This document shows positions 37,513-42,701 of a stretch of DNA of 42,701 bases, piece by piece. Origin of the DNA: Draconibacterium orientale (lineage in GTDB: Bacteria; Bacteroidota; Bacteroidia; Bacteroidales; FEN-979). Position 1 is the stretch's first letter; each line of letters begins with the position of its first letter. The notes under the pieces were generated by a model. That model was not told the origin of the DNA and did not search any database. It was given only the letters and a program-made list of their open reading frames with translations. Made by a program: the position numbers and the translations under genes. The DNA is taken from positions 1-42,701 of the forward strand of contig DYQT01000003.1 of the NCBI GenBank assembly GCA_020719165.1, written 5' to 3'.

Positions 37513-37882
37513 AAATCATTCAAGTATTTGAATACGCAAATGTAGATACAATTTTTCTAACTTTTACAAAAATGTAGAAATAATTTATAATATCATATAA
37601 AATGTTGTAAATCAAAATAATGAATAAAGCACAAACACCAATTCCGCACGATTTATTTAAACTCGAACGATGAAAACTGTTTATTTATTCACACTGATTT
37701 TGGGTTTTCCGGGGTTTTGTCGGAAGAAAAATAGAAGATTTTGTAGTTAACCCTGCCGGAAACCATTATCGCATGAATCTTGACAAGAATAATTGATAAT
37801 CAGGAGTTTATATGGCTGAAATCCGCAGTCCGGATGAGATCCGTGTGGTGAAGAGTATAAAAAATTGAACACAGCTGATTTT

Positions 37883-38683
37883 ATGGTCAAAGTTATTTCA
37901 AGTTTACAGAACCCGCTTGTAAAAAATGTGCTTCTGCTTAGCGACAAGCCCCGTGCCCGGAAAGAACAAAACCGGATTGTGATTGAAGGTTATCGTGAGA
38001 TCCGACTTGCCATTATGGGCGGGTTCAACATCACCAATCTTTTTTACGCACCCGAACTGATTTCAACCGCCGAAGTTGCGTCGCTTGATCTGCCGGGCAA
38101 TCACACAGAATTGGCGGAAGTCACAACAGATGTGTTTAACCGGATGGCTTACCGAAAAGATGCCGGCGGTGTTATTGCCCTGGCTGAACCCAGAAGACTC
38201 AGGTTTGAAGACCTTCATCCCGGCAGCCAACCCCTTCTGCTTGTGCTTGAAACAGTTGAAAAACCGGGCAACCTTGGAGCCCTGCTCCGCACTGCCGACG
38301 CGGCCAATCTCGATGCGGTGATCATTTGCGATCCGCAAACTGACATCTACAATCCAAACGCCATACGTTCAAGTATCGGCTGTATCTTCACCATGCCGGT
38401 CGTTACAGCTTCATCCGACGAGGCCATTGCATGGATGCGCAGGGAGGGAATTAAAACCTTCGGAACAGCGCTATCAGCCAAAGATCATTATCACCATGCT
38501 GATTTCAATCAGCCGGCGGCCATCATCATGGGATCTGAAGCAAACGGATTGAGCCAGACTTGGCTTGAGGGGGCCGTCGCTCTCATTAAAATTCCGATGA
38601 TGGGCAAGATTGACTCGATGAATGTTTCGGCATCAGCCGCCATTGTGATTTTTGAAGCCAGGAGGCAACAGGGGTTCCGGTAG
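37883..38683 (+). CDS. TrmH/SpoU family RNA methyltransferase
   Basis: ISSLQNP, VEKPGNLGALLRTADAA, MGSEANGL and IPMMGKIDSMNVS. Confidence 0.94.
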   Translation: MVKVISSLQNPLVKNVLLLSDKPRARKEQNRIVIEGYREIRLAIMGGFNITNLFYAPELISTAEVASLDLPGNHTELAEVTTDVFNRMAYRKDAGGVIALAEPRRLRFEDLHPGSQPLLLVLETVEKPGNLGALLRTADAANLDAVIICDPQTDIYNPNAIRSSIGCIFTMPVVTASSDEAIAWMRREGIKTFGTALSAKDHYHHADFNQPAAIIMGSEANGLSQTWLEGAVALIKIPMMGKIDSMNVSASAAIVIFEARRQQGFR

Positions 38684-38685
38684 GT

Positions 38686-39561
38686 TTATTTGTATTTTTC
38701 GTCGGCAGGTTTCATTGATAAAAAGCCTTTGGGCATTTTGCTTTTGAAGTCGATGAGTTTGCCAGTAACCGGGTGACGGATCGAAAGATAGAAGGCATGC
38801 AGCCGAATCCGGCGCTCGTAGGTTGCATCAGCGCCATAACGCCGGTCGCCGACAACGGGGCACTGCATTTCCGACAGATGAACGCGTATCTGGTTCTTGC
38901 GTCCTGTTTCCAGCTCCACCTCCAGCAACGCGTAATCGGGGGTGCGATCCATCACACGGTAATGGGTTATGCCCAGTTTGGCCCCCTCCTCCACCTTTAC
39001 TGAATATACCCGTTGGTCGTGACCTTCGACCAACCAGCTCCGGATGGTCCCTTTGTCCTCTTTCGGTTGTCCCTCCACCAGTGCATAGTACAATTTTTTC
39101 GTATCCATCCAGTGATTCTTGATCTCCTCCTGAAGTTTCTCACTCTTGGCAAACAGCAGGATTCCCGAAACCTCTCTGTCGAGCCGGTGAACAACAAACA
39201 AACGCTCTTTCCCTTTTGAATTTTCTTTCACATAGGCAGCCATCTGCTGGTAGAAAGAGGTACCGCCAAGTCCCCGGTCGCCAATGGTGAGTAAACCCGC
39301 CGGTTTAACGGCCACGAGTATTGCATTATCTTCAAAAAGAACCTGGTAAGGCGGTTTAACTTTATTAATCTTGACGACCTGTTTAACGTATTCAACCGAA
39401 TCGCCCGGCTTGAGCAACGCGGCTGGGTTGGTGACCATTTTTCCATTCACCCGCACATTGCCATGTACGATTTTGTTCTTCACCGTGGTTTTTGATGCCG
39501 ATTGAAGTTCAGCAAGCAGGTGATCCAGCAGGGAGGTATCTTTTGATATTTTAACTTTCAT
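38686..39561 (-). CDS. RluA/RluD family pseudouridine synthase with S4 domain
   Basis: KPAGLL, VHRLDREVSG, ETGRKNQIRVH, GDRRYG and LHA; start chosen at MKVKIS. Confidence 0.94.
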   Translation of the reverse strand: MKVKISKDTSLLDHLLAELQSASKTTVKNKIVHGNVRVNGKMVTNPAALLKPGDSVEYVKQVVKINKVKPPYQVLFEDNAILVAVKPAGLLTIGDRGLGGTSFYQQMAAYVKENSKGKERLFVVHRLDREVSGILLFAKSEKLQEEIKNHWMDTKKLYYALVEGQPKEDKGTIRSWLVEGHDQRVYSVKVEEGAKLGITHYRVMDRTPDYALLEVELETGRKNQIRVHLSEMQCPVVGDRRYGADATYERRIRLHAFYLSIRHPVTGKLIDFKSKMPKGFLSMKPADEKYK

Positions 39562-39691
39562 AAGTTGGTAATGAGGGAAATGTGGCAAAGATACAACATG
39601 TTTTACCATCCATTATGAGCAGATTATCAACTTTTTGCGCTCATTTGAAAATTTATCGTACCTTTGCACACCTTTAAAAATCGTATAAAAC

Positions 39692-41767
39692 ATGCCATTA
39701 AACAAGCTTAGAAATATAGGAATTGCGGCCCACATCGATGCCGGAAAGACCACTGTTACCGAACGAATCCTGTTTTTTTCAGGAACGAATCGCAAAATGG
39801 GGGAGGTGCACGACGGAGCAGCCACCATGGACTTTATGAAACAGGAGCAGGAGCGCGGCATCACCATCGCCTCCGCTGCCATCACCTGTGCCTGGAAAGG
39901 TCACCAGATCAACCTGATCGACACTCCCGGACACGTTGACTTTACCATTGAGGTAGAGCGCTCCCTGCGCGTAATCGACGGCATGGTGGCCGTTTTTTGT
40001 GCCGTTGGAGGAGTTGAGCCTCAGAGCGAAACTGTGTGGAATCAGGCCGACCGTTATCGGGTGCCTCGTTTTGCTTTTATCAATAAAATGGACCGCACCG
40101 GTGCCGATTTCCCGGCCGTGGTTGCCCAGATGAATAAATATCTCGATGCCAATGCTGTTCCTTTCCATGTTCCGATGGGAGCCGAAGAGCATTTTGAAGG
40201 TATCATCGATGTTATTTACCGTAAAGCCTATATGTTCAGGGAGATGGAGCAGATAGAGGCTGAAATTCCGGAAGAATACAAGCAAAAAACCGAAGAGGCA
40301 CGTGCCTGGGCCGTTGAAAAGCTTGCTGAATTCAACGATGAAATCATGGATTTATTCATGGAAGATAAGGAAGTAGCCCCTGAGCTGATGAAGAAAGCGC
40401 TGCGGGAAGCGACCCTCAAGTTGTTGATCACTCCTGTGTTTTGCGGTGCTGCCTATAAAAACAAAGGTGTTCAGATGTTGCTTGATTCGGTGGTAGATTA
40501 TCTTCCATCCCCGGTGGATGTAGGAGCTGTGACCGGTACCGACCTTGACGATCCGGAAAAACTTCACACATGCCATCCCTCACCAAAGGAGCCATTTTCG
40601 GCCCTGGCATTCAAACTGATTCACGACCCCTTTGTTGGCCAACAAACATTCACCCGTATCTTTTCGGGAACCATCAGAAGCGGAATGCAGGTTTTCAATG
40701 CCACCAAAGGCAAGCACGAACGTATTGGCCGGATTTTCAGAATTCATGCCAAAGACCGGGAAGAAATTTCGGAAGCCGGCCCGGGCGATATTGTGGCGCT
40801 CATCGGCATGAAAGTCACCAAAACCGGCGATACCCTGTGCGGCGACGAGCACCGTTTTTTGCTTGAAACCATTCACGTTCCGCCCAGTGTCATTGAGTTG
40901 AAAATAACTCCGGCCAAGCGTGCCGACCAGGCCAAACTTGGAGAAGCGCTTCACAAACTCACCATGGAAGATCCCTCCTTCAATGTCCGTTTTGACGATG
41001 AAACCGAGGAAACGGTCATTGCCGGCATGGGTGAGTTGCACCTTGAGATCATTGTTGACCGGTTGTTAACTGAATTTAAAGTTGAAGCCATCGTGGGTGA
41101 ACCTGCTGTAGCCTTCCGCGAAACCATCACCAGCGAAGTTGAAACGAACTACAAACATTCGAAGCAAACGGGAGGCAAGGGCCAGTTTGCCCATGTGCTG
41201 ATGCGTATGGAACCGAATGAAGGCAAGGGGTATGAATTTGTCGAAAAAATTAAAGGCGGAAACATTCCGGCAGAGTATATCCCATCTGTTAACAAGGGGA
41301 TTTTAAAAACCCTTGAGCGCGGTGTGATGGCCGGATATCCGGTGGTTGATGTGAAAGTGGTACTGCTTGATGGCAGTTTCCACCCCGTCGACAGCTCCGA
41401 CATGGCATTCCAGACATGTGCTTCCATTGGATTCAAACAAGGGTTTATGAAAGCGGATCCCGTGCTGCTTGAACCCATGATGAAGGTTGAAGTGAACACT
41501 CCCGACGAATACATCGGCGATGTGGTGGGCAATCTCAATCGCCGTCGCGGTAAAATTGAAGCCATGCGCCGTTACCGCAAGGGATCACAAAAGGTCAATG
41601 CATTTGTTCCACTGATGGAGATGTTTGGCTATGCGACTCAGTTGCGCAATATCTCAAGCGGCCGCGCCAACTATTCCATGGAATTTTTCAAATACACTCC
41701 CCTGCCAAAATTGCTGCAGGAAGAGGTGTTGAAAAAAATTGCCGACGAAAAGAAGGCGGCTAAATAG
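39692..41767 (+). CDS. fusA: Elongation factor G (stand-alone paralog)
   Basis: [37 protein letters not shown] and VDSSDMAF; promoter box TACCTTTG at 39659-39666. Confidence 0.95.
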   Translation: MPLNKLRNIGIAAHIDAGKTTVTERILFFSGTNRKMGEVHDGAATMDFMKQEQERGITIASAAITCAWKGHQINLIDTPGHVDFTIEVERSLRVIDGMVAVFCAVGGVEPQSETVWNQADRYRVPRFAFINKMDRTGADFPAVVAQMNKYLDANAVPFHVPMGAEEHFEGIIDVIYRKAYMFREMEQIEAEIPEEYKQKTEEARAWAVEKLAEFNDEIMDLFMEDKEVAPELMKKALREATLKLLITPVFCGAAYKNKGVQMLLDSVVDYLPSPVDVGAVTGTDLDDPEKLHTCHPSPKEPFSALAFKLIHDPFVGQQTFTRIFSGTIRSGMQVFNATKGKHERIGRIFRIHAKDREEISEAGPGDIVALIGMKVTKTGDTLCGDEHRFLLETIHVPPSVIELKITPAKRADQAKLGEALHKLTMEDPSFNVRFDDETEETVIAGMGELHLEIIVDRLLTEFKVEAIVGEPAVAFRETITSEVETNYKHSKQTGGKGQFAHVLMRMEPNEGKGYEFVEKIKGGNIPAEYIPSVNKGILKTLERGVMAGYPVVDVKVVLLDGSFHPVDSSDMAFQTCASIGFKQGFMKADPVLLEPMMKVEVNTPDEYIGDVVGNLNRRRGKIEAMRRYRKGSQKVNAFVPLMEMFGYATQLRNISSGRANYSMEFFKYTPLPKLLQEEVLKKIADEKKAAK

Positions 41768-41776
41768 TCGGGGGCA

Positions 41777-42109
41777 TTAACCTCTTATATAATGAGGCAT
41801 TTCAGCGGGAATTTCAAGCGAAAGTTCGATGATTCCCCTGAATTCTCCCTCTTTGAACCAGGGTGACTGGTAAAGGATCTTCTTCTTACCCTTTTTTTCG
41901 ATGGTGTAAACGTTTTTCTGACCGGTTGTCATGATTTCCATGATCTTTTTGCGGGAAGTTTCATTGTGACACGCCAGCAGGTCCTGTCCGATCAGGCTGC
42001 TGCCTCCGTCTTTTTCATATTGTGTGATGGCTCTTTCATTCATATAGATAATTTTTCCCTGCGCATCACTGACGATGACATTGCCGTCGAGCTTTTCGAT
42101 CCATTCCAT
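41777..42109 (-). CDS. Single PAS-domain protein
   Basis: VSDAQGKIIYMN..LIGQDLLACH..NVYTIEKKGKKKILYQSPW. Confidence 0.85.
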   Translation of the reverse strand: MEWIEKLDGNVIVSDAQGKIIYMNERAITQYEKDGGSSLIGQDLLACHNETSRKKIMEIMTTGQKNVYTIEKKGKKKILYQSPWFKEGEFRGIIELSLEIPAEMPHYIRG

Positions 42110-42296
42110 ACTTTGTTTTTTTGGCGAAGGTAGGTGGTTTTATCATGAGTAAATGGGTGAGCAGGGGTTCCGAATGATTTAAATATTTCGGGTCCTTCAC
42201 AAAGAATTAAACCGCAGAGGCGCAGAGGCGCAAAGAAGTTATGAACAATTGTACCACTATTTCATGAAAACCCGATTAATTCAAAATTCATGAAAA

Positions 42297-42683
42297 ATGG
42301 AATACAATAAAATTTCCGGGATCATTCTCGATACCTGCATCACCGTGCATAAAATTATGGGTCCAGGTCTTCTTGAATCAATTTATGAACAATGCCTGAT
42401 GAAAGAATTTGAGCTCAGAAATGTTAATGCGAAGCACCAGGCACCAATTTCCTTGAAATACAAAGGATATGAATTATCAAGGGAACTTAGAATAGACATT
42501 CTTGTTGAAAATGAAATTATCCTTGAGCTTAAATCCACAGAAATTATGCATCCTGTTTATGAAGCTCAAATCATTTCCTATCTGAAATTGACCAATAAAA
42601 AACTTGGGTTTCTGGTTAATTTTAATGTCCCTGTTTTAATAAACGGGTTTAACCCGACTTGCACCCCAAGCTTCGGAACTTAG
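42297..42683 (+). CDS. GxxExxY protein (PD-(D/E)XK-like), possibly with a replaced C-terminus
   Basis: GPGLLESIY, RIDILVE..ILELKS and AQIISYLKL..GFLVNFN; upstream AACCGCAGAGGCGCAGAGGCGCAAAG repeat. Confidence 0.9.
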   Translation: MEYNKISGIILDTCITVHKIMGPGLLESIYEQCLMKEFELRNVNAKHQAPISLKYKGYELSRELRIDILVENEIILELKSTEIMHPVYEAQIISYLKLTNKKLGFLVNFNVPVLINGFNPTCTPSFGT

Positions 42684-42701
42684 CCTGTGCCAGGTGGTTC
42701 G

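Overview
A 42.7-kb chromosomal segment from a probably anaerobic Bacteroidota (Bacteroidales-like) bacterium. The assignment rests on many TAnnTTTG -7 promoter boxes, T9SS cargo proteins, a DUF5777-type barrel and an S46 peptidase. The best candidate for an undescribed system is 15..8325 (- strand), a nine-gene cluster preceded by a Cys-bearing Crp/Fnr regulator and tandem FNR-like boxes. It encodes a probable hexaheme lipoprotein cytochrome, a monoheme lipoprotein, an outer-membrane beta-barrel, a periplasmic monoheme cytochrome, a membrane-anchored heptaheme cytochrome plus cytochrome b (CbcA/CbcB-like), an NrfC/NrfD-type pair and an exported membrane-anchored protein. No catalytic reductase subunit is present, so the set reads as a possible quinone-to-cell-surface (extracellular electron transfer) conduit. 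Between the regulator and the operon (8515..9497) is a nested relic: a 97-bp duplication of the regulator 3' end, 14-bp inverted repeats, 66-bp direct repeats built from heptamers, and an internally deleted GxxExxY pseudogene with its own inverted repeats. The rest is mostly ordinary: asd, a lamin-tail T9SS protein, comF, an ABC ATPase, rnr, T9SS and TlpA proteins, a LytS/LytTR pair, a DPP7-like peptidase, a methyltransferase, SNF2, an Rrf2-led Fe-S/hemerythrin operon with REP-like palindromes, TrmH, RluA, a stand-alone EF-G, a PAS protein and a GxxExxY gene. Short 7-9-bp tandem repeats are scattered through it. All family calls come from motifs read by eye; no searches were run.
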